The translations under genes and the position numbers were made by a program. From contig NW_018408761.1 of the NCBI RefSeq assembly GCF_002113885.1, forward strand, positions 997,580 through 1,061,579: a DNA stretch of 64,000 nt. The letters run 5' to 3'. The notes below the pieces were generated by a model. The model worked only from the letters and a program-made list of their open reading frames with translations, searched no databases and had not been told where the DNA came from. Source of the stretch: Mizuhopecten yessoensis. Lineage: Eukaryota. Of this stretch, positions 48,769 to 59,399 are shown piece by piece (within the stretch, counting starts at the first letter, position 1; each line of letters starts with the position of its first letter).

Positions 48769-50482
48769 AGCTCACCTGGTCCGAAGGACCAGGGTGAGCT
48801 TATGCCATACCATGGCATCCGTCGTCCGTACGTACGTCAACAATTTCTTTAAACGACTTCTTCTTCTTAACCACTGGTTGGAATTAAACTAATTTTGACT
48901 GGAAGCATCCCTAGGTGGTTGGGATTCAAAATTGTACAAATGGTGGGGCTGACTCCCCAGGGGGCTGAGGGGTGGGGCCAAAAGGGGTCAATTTGCCCAT
49001 ATTGCTGTAAGCGACTTCTTCTCTGGAACTAAGAATTGGATATCAACCATATTTGACTGGAAGCATCCCTAGGTGGTGGTGATTAAAAATTGTACAAATG
49101 GCGGGGCTGACTCCCCAGGGGGCTTAGGGGGGGCCAAAAGGGGGCAATTTTGCTATATTGCTACAAACGACTTCTTCTGTAGAACTGTGCACTGGATATC
49201 AATCATATTTGATCAAAAGCATTCCTGGGAGGCAGGGATTTAAAATTGTACAAATGGTGTGGCTGACCCCCCAGGGGGCTGAGGGGCAGGGCCAAAAAGG
49301 GTATTTGGCTATACTGCTTTAAGTGACTTCTTCTCTGGAACTAAGTGATGGATATCAACCTTATTTGACTGGAAGCATCTCTAGGTGGTGGAGATTCAAA
49401 ATTGTACAAACGGTTGGGCTGACCCCCCAGGGGGCTGAGGGGCGGGGCCAAAAGGGGGCAATTTGGTTATATTGCTATAAATGACTTCTTCTGCAGAACT
49501 ATGCCATGGATATTGATCATATTTGGTCGGAAGTATTCATGGGAGGCAGGGATTCAAAATTGTACAAATGGTGGGGCTGACCCCCCGGGCTAAGGGGTGG
49601 GGCCAATAAAATGTATTACTTGGAAATGGTTGAGATCCCCACCATATAACCATATATACAATTGCTGAGTATAAAGAGAAGAATGCACATTTGCTTCCAG
49701 GATGTCCCTAGGGTCTGGCCCCACCCTTGGAGACATAGTCCCTGGGCCATAACTTTAAAACGGTTGAGATCCCCACCCCAAAACTATATATACAAATGCT
49801 GGGCATAAAGAGACGAATGCAATCATGATATCAGAATAGACCCTGGGGTCTGACCGAACCCCTAGGGACCTAGTTTCTTAGTCACAGCTTGGAAACAGTT
49901 GAGAGCCCCACCCTATAACCGTATATATACAATTGCTGAGTATAAAGAGATGATTGCACATATGCTTCCAGGTTGGCCTTGGGGACTGCCCCACCCTTGG
50001 AGACTTAACCCCTGGGTCATAACTTTGAAATGGTTAATATCCCCACCCCAAAACTATATATACAATTGTTGGGCATAAAGAGACGAATGCAGTCATGACA
50101 TTAGAATTGATCCCAGGGTCTGCCCCACCCTTGCAGACTTGGCCCCTGGGTCATAACTTTGAAACGGTTGAGATCCCCACACCAAAACTTTATATACAAA
50201 TGCTTGGCAAAAAGAGACAAATGCAGTCACGATATTAGAATCGATCCTGGGGTCTGGCCACAACTCTAGGGACCTAGTTTCTGAGTCAAAGCTTGGAAAC
50301 AGTTGAGATCCCCACCCCATAACCATACATAAAATTGCTGGGCATGAAAAATTTAATATAGCTATGCTACAAGGATTGGCCTTGGGGTCTGGCATATTCT
50401 CTTGATCTCATTTGGAGAATAGTTTGCCATGATTGCTTAGGTATCCAGGTGAGCGATACAGGCCCTCTGGGCCTCTTGTTTA
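48769..50482 (+). mobile_element. Composite HINE-like element, copy 3.
   Basis: Head cttttAGCTCACCTGGTCCGAAGGACCAGGGTGAGC, tail CCAGGTGAGCGATACAGGCCCTCTGGGCCTCTTGTTT. Confidence 0.7.
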
Positions 50483-50559
50483 TTTATCCTCAGCAGAAAA
50501 TAATTCAGTTCAATTTTTGTTATGGCATGGCATCGATATAGAATCTATTTTAGTTGTTG

Positions 50560-51000
50560 TACAACATAAAGATTTGTGGTTAAATTCTAAGCTATGAGAT
50601 ATGAAGTCTCTCTTACTCACCGGTACTCAGTATAACATGAAGATTTGTGGTTAAATTCTTAGCTATGAGATATGAAGTCTCTCTTACTCACCGGTACTTA
50701 GTATAACATGAAGATTTGTGGTTAAATTCTTAGCTATGAGATATGAAATCTCTTTTACTTGCTGTATAACATGAAGATTTGTGGTTAAATTCTTAGCAAT
50801 GAGATATGAAATCTCTTTTACTTGCTGTATTATATGGAGATTTGTGGTTATATTCTCAGCTATATGATATAGAATCTCTTTTACTTGGTGTATAATATGG
50901 AGATTTGTAGTTATATTCTCAGCTATATGATATAGAATCTCTTTTACTTGCTGTATAACATGTAGATTTGTGGTTAAATTCTCAGACATGTGATATAGAA
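50560..51000. repeat. ~63-bp minisatellite x7 (atgaagatttgtggttaaattcttagctatgagatatgaa.tctct.ttact...), 230 bp upstream of the low-complexity ORF.
   Basis: Direct reading. The minus-strand ORF 50684-50989 is an artifact of it. Confidence 0.8.
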
Positions 51001-51232
51001 TATCCTTTACATGGGGAAAATATGAAGTTTGTTGGTAAATTATTAGCTATTTTTAGTGAACATTGATTAATCAGCCTTAATATTTTTACTTTTGTCAGTT
51101 AAACTATATTTAGTCACTATACTCAATGTAAACTTCTTAATAATACCCACAAAAACCACAGAAGCAATGATTCATGAGTTTACTATTGTACAGTACAGGT
51201 ACATGTGAAGTATTAACATTTCTGTATTTCAG

Positions 51233-51459
51233 GACATGAATGAGTATGATCAGATATATGGTAAGAAGGTGCATACGGAAAAGGACAAAAGCTGTACTGA
51301 TGATGGAAAAAACCCGGTGAAGATGTCCTCATTGTTTTCTCCTTTTAGGCAATCCTTACGAATGATGGCTCCAAGGAAACAGTTAGCAACCAAAGCTGCC
51401 AGAAAATCTGCACCTGCAAACTTTGATGAAAATGAGGAGGAGCAGAATGAGGATGACAG

Positions 51460-51497
<38 letters not shown>

Positions 51498-54337
51498 TTG
51501 AAAAGATGGGCAACTTTAGCTGCATGGCACTTCCAGATGACAACGTGGTTGATGATGCTACGAACAAGAAACAGGAAGTGTCAGATGTAGGAAGAATACC
51601 AGACTCTCCACTCTCAGCAACACAGTTTGGCCCCTTGTCTCCAAAATGTTCAGATTCATTTGGTACAAACTTTGAAAAATTTGAAATCTCTCAGTATTTA
51701 GATGAAGACATGGAGATTGATTTAGATACTGAAGACCCGGCATTCCTCATTCTCACTTCTGAAATATCTGACATATTTTCACCTTCAATGGCAGGCCATT
51801 CTCAGGACACTCCAGCCTATATATCAACCTCCCCATCTTACAAACCAACTTCCCCATCCTATTCGCCCACTTCCCCATCTTACAAACCAACTTCCCCATC
51901 CTATTCGCCCACCTCCCCATCTTACAAACCAACTTCCCCATCCTATTCGCCCACCTCCCCATCTTACAAACCAACTTCTCTATCCTATTCGCCCACTTCC
52001 CCATCTTACAAACCAACTTCTCCATCCTATTCACCAAATAGAAGAGCACGAAGAGCCAAATCAACATTTGAGGATTTCCAACATGAATCAACATCAAACA
52101 ATAAAGATTTTGTGGTTTCAGGTTCAAGACAAGCAAAGTCAAGCAGCACATCTAGTGAACATGGTTTGTGTGGAGCTCCAGTGCAAGCAGAACCAGGCAG
52201 TAAACCAAGTCAGAGCTTCAATTTTAATGCTTCGCTACAAACAGCATCAAGCAATGAACCAACACAAAGTTTGGGATTGGGGGCTCCAAACCTAGCAGAA
52301 CTAGGCGGTAAACCAAGTCAGGGGTTCAATTTTAGTGCTCCTCTAGTAACAGCATCAAGAAATATATCAACACAAAGTTTGGGATTGGGGGCTCCAAACC
52401 TAGCAGAACCAAACACAATGCCAAGTCAAGGGTTTTCCTTTGGAGCTCGAATGCAAACAACTCAAAGCGCTTCACCAGCCGAAGGTTTCAGTTTTTCTCA
52501 GAATCAAACATTGCAGAGCATTACCAGTAAAGGAAGCCATTGTTTTGGATTTGGGACTTCAAAACCAGCCGGAGCAAGCAGAACGACAAGTCAAGGGTTT
52601 TCCTTTGGCGCTCAAATGCAGTCCCAACGATGCAATATACCAACCCAAGATTTCTATTTTGGAGCTTCAAATTCAGCAGGTTTTGGAGATGACGGTGACA
52701 GACGTGGTGGTTATGGAGGTGTCAGTGTTAGACCTGGTGGTTATGGAGATGACAGTGACAGACGTGGTGGTTATGGAGGTGTCAGTGTTAGACGTGGTGG
52801 TTATGGAGGTGTCAGTGAGGGACTTGGTGGTTATGGAGGTGTCAGTGTTAGACGTGGTAGTTATGGAGGTGACAGTGTTAGATGTGGTGGTTATGGAGGT
52901 GTCAGTGAGGAATGTGGTGGTTATGGAGGTGTCAGTGAGGGACTTGGTAGTTATGGAGGTGTCAGTGAGGGACTTGGTAGTTATGGAGATGACGGTGTCG
53001 GACGTGGTGGTTATGGAGATGACAGTGTCGGACGTGGTGGTTATGGAGGTGACAGTGTCGGAGGTGATGGTTATGGAGGTGTCAGTGAGGGATTTGGTGG
53101 TTATGGAGGTGACAGTGAGGGATGTGGTGGTTATGGAGGTGTCAGTGTTAGATGTGGTGGTTATGGAGGTGTCAGTGAGGGACGTGGTGGTTATGGAGGT
53201 GACAGTGAGGGACGTGGTGGTCCTAGACTTGCTGGTTCTAAAGATGGACATGTTTCTTACATAGAAACAGCACCAACATTTACATATTTGAAGGATCTTG
53301 ACTTGAATTTAGCAAAACATGATCCAAAAACTAGGATATTGAAGGAAAATGACAGAAGACCTTCCAGTGTAACAGAGAAGGATCTGCCTTCACAGCCTTT
53401 CAGACATGTACAGGATAAAATGTTCCCACCAGACTTTGATGAATCCTTATTACCTAAACAAAAGAGAAAAATTCCTCCTGTTGGAAGAGGAGGTTCTGGA
53501 TTCACTGCAAGGAATGACCAGGGTCCTGCTGAAACAACCAAAGAACAAGGTCGAAGGTCATTAAAGTCAGTCAGAGGCGCAATGCATGGTGCAAGATCAA
53601 GAGACAGAAATAGGGAACAATCTCGTGAGCTTATTGTGCTGGATAAGAGTAAAAAACTAAGTTTGAGTCATGACAGAAGGCGGAGGAGTTTGAGTAGAAG
53701 TTTGAGTCGAGACAGAAGACAGAGGAGTTTGAGTAGAAGTTTGAGTCGAGACAGAAGGCGGAGGAGTTTGAGTAGAAGTTTGAGTCGAGACAGAAGGCGG
53801 AGGAGTTTGAGTAGAAGTTTGAGTCGAGGAAGGGGGAGAAGAGACTTGGAAAGATGTTACAGTAGAGATAGAGCAAGAAAGGAAAATAAAAAAATGCACA
53901 GATCAAGTGGAAATAATGATACAAACAGTAGGAATAAAAATAGGGACAAAGCAGGAAGCAAAATAGACAGAGATCCTGCAAGAGAAAGTAAGAAACAGAT
54001 AAAGCATAAAAATGAAAAGAAGGAGCAAACAAAGGCTGATGAACAGGTTGTCAAAACATTTGGGAAAAAAGGGAAGAAAAGGGAACAGACAAGGGATGAT
54101 GAAGAGATTGTCAAAACTGGAGGGAAGAACCTGTCAGGAAAGTTGGAATATGATGATCATGAGAAAATGGACTTTACAGTGGACATGGCACCAACTTTGA
54201 AAGTCTGGGATGTAACATCAGAGACAGGCAAGGACATTGTGAAATTCATAAAGTATATTTCTGATTCAATCTTCTTTTATATACAAAAGATCTGTAATTT
54301 TCTACAAATTCAAGTGAGCTTAAGTGAACTTTCTTGA
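51233..54337 (+). CDS. 3.1-kb open reading frame (giant exon or intronless gene) encoding a modular low-complexity protein. Its modules are a histone H3(15-31) mimic, a poly-Asp tract, RNAPII-CTD-like heptads, FG repeats, GGYGG repeats, an RS domain and a K/E tail. It is probably the large low-complexity exon of the PARP4 ortholog.
   Basis: Uninterrupted 1033-codon ORF. The acceptor tttcag at 51227-51232 lies immediately after an in-frame TGA at 51206. Phase 0 is compatible with PARP4 exons 27 or 28. Human PARP4 also has a large S/P-rich low-complexity region at this position. Confidence 0.7.
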
Positions 54338-54339
54338 TT

Positions 54340-54960
54340 AGCTTGTAATGATATACAGTCCTGCAGTAAAACTTGTCTAAGAACTCACCTGTCTAAATCA
54401 TCTTGTAGTGTTACAGTCCTACAGTAAAACTTGTCTTAGAACTCACCTGTCTAAATCATCTTGTAATTATATTTATACAGCCCTACAGTAAAACTTGTCT
54501 AAGAACTCACCTGTCTAAATCATCTTGTAATTATATATATACAGTCCTACAGTAAAACTTGTCTTAGAACTCACCTGTCTAAATCATCTTGTAATTATAT
54601 ATATACAGCCCTACAGTAAAACTTGTCTAAGAACTCACCTGTCTAAATCATCTTTTAGTGTTACAGCCCTACAGTAAAACTTGTCTAAGAACTCACCTCT
54701 CTTAATCATCTTGTAATTATATATATACAGTCCGACAGTAAAACTTGTCTTAAAACTCACCTGTCTAAATCATCTTTTAGTGTTACAGCCCTACAGTAAA
54801 ACTTGTCTAAGAATTCACCTGTCTAAATCATCTTGTAGTGTTACAGTACTACAGTAAAACTTGTCTAAGAATTCACCTGTCTAAATCATCTTGTAGTGTT
54901 ACAGCCCTACAGTAAAACTTGTCTAAGAACTCACCTGTCTTAATCATCTTGTAATTATAT
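54340..54960. repeat. ~60-bp minisatellite x10 (cagtcctacagtaaaacttgtctaagaactcacctgtctaaatcatcttgta...), immediately downstream of the low-complexity ORF stop.
   Basis: Direct reading. Confidence 0.85.
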
Positions 54961-55605
54961 ATATACAGTCCTACAGCATTTCATGTCTCAGAATCGATTT
55001 GTGTAAACCAACTTGTGTCCATGTTATATTTCATGGTAATCTCAAAATCCAAGATGGTTGCCCTTAGTTATCCTTTTCATTGGGTAAAACCCTTCCTCTG
55101 AGACATTTTCAATTTTTGTATACTAGAAAATGTTTCTTATGTGAAACTCAAATAATGTTGTTACTTTTCATGACAAAAATACAAGATAGCCACCAATGGC
55201 TCCGATTTGCAGACAGTTGCTATTTCTCTATAACAGTAGCAATTGACTTCTAACTAATCTAAATGATTCAAATTTAATGTTCCTGTATTGTTTAAAAAAA
55301 ATGTAATTCATGTGAGCGTTAAAGCTTATTTCGTTTCTTGTTATTATACATATATCTACACTGTCCATAACAACCAAATGCATGCTCAAGGAAAGGCTAA
55401 CTGTTAAAACAGAATCTGATGTCATGCACTTTTTTCCCATATTGATCATTAAGTTTCATTCAACAAACCTTAATCGTTGGATATGGAAAAAATATCCTAG
55501 AATAGATAACAAACTACAGTTTAGAAGTATCATAAATCATTTGGTATATCTAGAACATCTAATTAAAAAGAAAAGAGAATAATAACATTTGTTCTATTGT
55601 TACAG

Positions 55606-55636
55606 GTGAAGCAGCTCCCTCCTCAGTTCCTGCGAT
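55606..55636 (+). CDS. PARP4: Candidate 31-nt PARP4 micro-exon (xEAAPSSVPA.), bridging in phase to exon 57305.
   Basis: Acceptor ttgttacag, donor GTAAGT. A phase-1 start and phase-2 end are required by the downstream exon. Short, so weak. Confidence 0.3.
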
Positions 55637-55737
55637 GTAAGTATGACAATGTTGAAGTTGGACTGTCTAAAGAAATATTAAACTTACTTATTGAAGAAAT
55701 GAAGAAAACTATTAAGAAAATCAATTTTGTGGTTTTT

Positions 55738-56230
55738 AGCTCACCTGGCCCCTTGGCCCATGCCGTGGTGCGGCATCCGGCGTCAATATTTTACTTTAAA
55801 CAACTTCTCAATAACCAAAAGGCCCTAGGTACTGATATTGGGCCTGCAGCATGCTGGGATGAAGGGCTACCAAGTTTGTTCAAATGAATGACCTTGACCC
55901 ACTTTCAAGGTCACAGGAGTCAAATATCTTAAAATCTTCAAACAACTTCTTCTCAATAACCAAAAGGCCCAGGGTACTGATATTGGGCCTGTAGCATGCT
56001 GGGATGAAGGGCTACCAAGTTTGTTCAAATGAATGACCTTGACCCACTTTCAACCCAATATCCTTGTTCGACATTCAAGGTCACAGGCGTCATATGTTTA
56101 AATCTTGTAATAGGATCTTATGAATCAAACACTGATATTCTGCCTGTAGCTGTATTTTAGTCCACTCTTAAGATTACAAGTGTGAAATAATACCAGGTGA
56201 GCGATGCAGGCCCATTGGGCCTCTAGTTTT
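55738..56230 (+). mobile_element. Type-A HINE-like element with two monomers.
   Basis: Head tttttAGCTCACCTGGCCCCTTGGCCCATGCC, tail CCAGGTGAGCGATGCAGGCCCATTGGGCCTCTAGTTTTT. Confidence 0.65.
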
Positions 56231-56231
56231 T

Positions 56232-56955
56232 AGGTCACTTGAGCTTAAGCTCAATTGACCTATTGTTATCCGTCTTTGTCCGTCGTCTTCCGTCGTGCGT
56301 CGTCAGTCGTGTGTCGTCATTTTACATTTTCAACTTAAGCTGAAATACTGGCAAAGGGATTTCATTAATATTTCATGGGAAGTTTACTGACATTTTCCAG
56401 ACAAAGTGTTAATATTTTTCGGGTCAATCAGAAATCCAATATGGCCACCACGTCTGCTATTTTGAAAAACTATTTCAAACTTAAAGTCAAGTTCTGCTAA
56501 GCCGATTGAACTGAAACTTTGTCGGAATGATCGACTCATGGTCCTGACAAAGTATTGTTATTTTTCGGGTTGATCCGAAATCTGATATGGCCGACATGGC
56601 CGCCATTTTGAAAAACTCTTTCAAACTTAAAGTCAAGTTCTACTGGGCCGATTGAACTAAAACTTAATAGGAATGATCGACTCATGGTCCTGACAAAGTG
56701 TTGTTATTTTTCGGGTCGATCAGAAATCCAATATGGCCACCAAGGCCGCCATTTTGAAAATAACTATTTCAAACTTAAAGTCAAGTTCTGCTAGGCCGAT
56801 TTAACTGAATCTTTTTAGGAATTATTGACTCATGGTCCTGACAAACTTAAGTTAACGTTATACTTAACTATTTTTTACTCAAATTGGTACATATTTCAAC
56901 AACAAAAATAAATACTGTAGGACTCGGGTGACCGTTAAGGCCCATGGGCCTCTTG
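56232..56955 (+). mobile_element. Type-B HINE-like element, inserted directly abutting the previous element.
   Basis: Head AGGTCACTTGAGCTTAAGCTCAATTGACCT (palindrome), three ~170-bp monomers, tail GGTGACCGTTAAGGCCCATGGGCCTCTTGTT. Confidence 0.65.
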
Positions 56956-57304
56956 TTATAATTATGTTTTAAGTACAATAATGCATACAGAAGTATTTTG
57001 TTTTCTTTTATTATCTTTTAGGATAGCTATTTAAATGTTTTGTTCATGAGTAACTGTAATGGAAACCAGCCTTCAGGAGAATATTCTCTTATTTATTTGC
57101 TTTTTATTACAAGGGCTTCTGTATACCACTAGGTATCCTCCTTAAACCTAGAAGAAGAATGTAATACTTCGATGTATAATGGATATTCGATTTCTACACT
57201 TGATTTCAACTCATTAATTATTGGAAACATTACAGAATTCTGCTGCTGATATATCACACATTAAATCAAATTGAATTAAATTTGAATGCAAAATTCACTT
57301 TCAG

Positions 57305-57392
57305 TTGTGAGGATGTCGGGATCTGGAAAGGCATTGTACGAAAGATTTCAAAAGTCCCTAACACTGAGGATCTCCTGCAACACATTAATACG
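57305..57392 (+). CDS. PARP4: PARP4 C-terminal exon (ICEDVGIWKGIVRKISKVPNTEDLLQHINT).
   Basis: Together with the next exon, aligns to human VPWTELLSLQTEDGFWKLTPEL. Acceptor cacttttcag, donor GTACAG. Confidence 0.7.
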
Positions 57393-57418
57393 GTACAGAA
57401 ATAGTTAGTCTTGTTTTT

Positions 57419-57960
57419 TATGCCCCCACCATAAAATGGGGAGGCATATATAGTGTTACCCATGTCTGTCCCGTCGCGTCCCGTCCCGTCCCGATTCAAT
57501 GTAAACACTTGGCAGCTTCATTCTTCGACAGATTTTGGTCAAACTTTATACAAAGGTCAAGTATGAGTATACTTCGGACATCGTTTTATTTCAGGGATCC
57601 AAGGTCAAGGCCAAGATCACACTTGCTATATATAGAAAATCATCAACTGATACAATTTAAACACTTAGCAACTTCATTCTTTCAAGGATTTTGGTCAAAC
57701 TTTATGCAAAGGTCAAGTATGAGTATACTTCGGACATTGTTGTGTTTCAGGGTTCCAAGGTCAAGGCCCAGGTCAATGTTGCTATATATAGAAAATCATC
57801 TACTGATTAAATTTAAATGCTTAGCAACTTCATTCAATATGTTATGGAGATGGTAATAACATACAGAAAATACATATGAATATTAAAATCAACTTTAAGT
57901 GTAGTACCTTGTGTGTGTGCATGTTTCAGGGTATCAAGATCAAAGTGGTTGTAACTTTTT
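57419..57960 (+). mobile_element. Family-G element with ~140-bp x2.5 internal tandem repeats.
   Basis: Head ttttatgcccccaccataaaatggggaggcatatatagtgttacccatgtctgtcc is homologous to 41441-41530. Confidence 0.4.
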
Positions 57961-58913
57961 ATAGAACACAGAAACTAATTTCACATGGCAGTGGGGGCAT
58001 TTATGTCTTATAGACATTTTCTCGTTATAAGTAAGATACACTGAGAAATAGTTAGTCCATCTCACTTTTCAGTGAGGTACGTTAAGAAACAGGGTCACTA
58101 CCTGTGTTACTTATCAGTAAGGTACATCAAGAAGTATTTAGTCGGTCCTCAGTTGAGAAATAAAACACTCGATCCTACTGATTTAATGTGTTTACTGGTA
58201 TTAGATCACCTTGCCGATCAAGTGAGCATATGAAATGGAGAATTGTCCATCTTTCAAGTTTCATCTAAAACCTTATCTTGATCCGACTGCCCCGTATATA
58301 CTGTAAAACTTTAGAGCACTGATTGAAAGCAGACTTCAAGTTTGGTGCAATACAATGATCGGGTCTAGTGGAGAGGTCCTGCACTGGAAACTAACTCTTG
58401 AGTAACTCTGTAAAAGTCGCATTTTTGTGTCGCCTGCAACACGAGGCGACATATAGGTATTACTTTGTCTGCGTCGTCAGAAACAAGGTTTCGGTGTGAT
58501 AACTTGAGTTCCTTTGGGTTGATTGAACTCGACTTTGGTACACGTATGGCATACCAACAAAACTCAGACAGGTACGTATTTCAGAAGTTTACATGCATCT
58601 TTAGTGGAGTTATGCCCCTTTTATTGCCAGATAAGGGCATTGTGTTGTAAATTTATGCAAGAACTTTTTTATTTTATCAATTCCTTTCAAATTTTGTACG
58701 GTAATGCTAGAAGCAATAATGTTCAACATATATTATGGGTTTTTCTGTCGAGTTTCAACATTCCGCGTTTTGGCATATCTGTTTACGTGATAACTCAAGC
58801 CAAAACACTTTTCCTACTAAAAGCGCTGTGCAGGCGACACATCCACTTCCGTGGAATTCTTGTTTATTTCTGTGTTGTTGGAAAATCATTTTGTATATTC
58901 TTGTGTTTCACAG

Positions 58914-59013
58914 GGACAATATTGGGAACTGACTCCAGAGCTGTGTCAAACCCTCGGTGTTTTCTACATCAAGGTCACCAACCAGCTGAAGCTACATGGC
59001 CTGTACTCCTTAG
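58914..59013 (+). CDS. PARP4: PARP4 C-terminal exon (GQYWELTPELCQTLGVFYIKVTNQLKLHGLYSL).
   Basis: WELTPEL aligns to WKLTPEL of the human vault-interaction region. Acceptor gtgtttcacag, donor G|GTATGT. Confidence 0.8.
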
Positions 59014-59399
59014 GTATGTATACAGACCCTTGAGGGTTCTCGTAATTATGTCACAATATACGTCTTTGGTCATACAGCTCACACGTCTTGAGCTCAATAT
59101 GGCTTGACATCCATCGTCTATCAGCCATCTGTCAACTTTTTATTTAAATGACTCCTTGTCCAGAAAAGTTAAACTGATTTCAATTAAATATGATGTGGAC
59201 AATTCCTTGTAAATGGGACTCAACATTGTATCAACTTAGTGTGTGGTTGTTTTGCCTACTTGCCAACTTTTTGAAATTTCCATGGGGGAGATAATGCATG
59301 CTCAGAATGAAAACCATTAATAAAATGTGTGTATCATCAGGTCATAGAAAATAGGTAGAGTTTAGCAAATTAAATGGTTAAAAATCATTTTTGGGTCCA

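Noticed and set aside
51233-51258. A possible 26-nt micro-exon (cag|GACATGAATGAGTATGATCAGATATATG|gtaaga) at the start of the big ORF
   Set aside because: The frame stays open straight through the GTAAGA, so there is no need to invoke a micro-exon. I kept it as part of the long ORF.
52440-53264. A 274-aa plus-strand ORF in another frame, and 192/133/132-aa minus-strand ORFs overlapping the low-complexity ORF
   Set aside because: They arise because the 33-nt and 39-nt in-frame repeats lack stops in several frames. The main frame is the only one that stays open across the non-repetitive N- and C-terminal parts.
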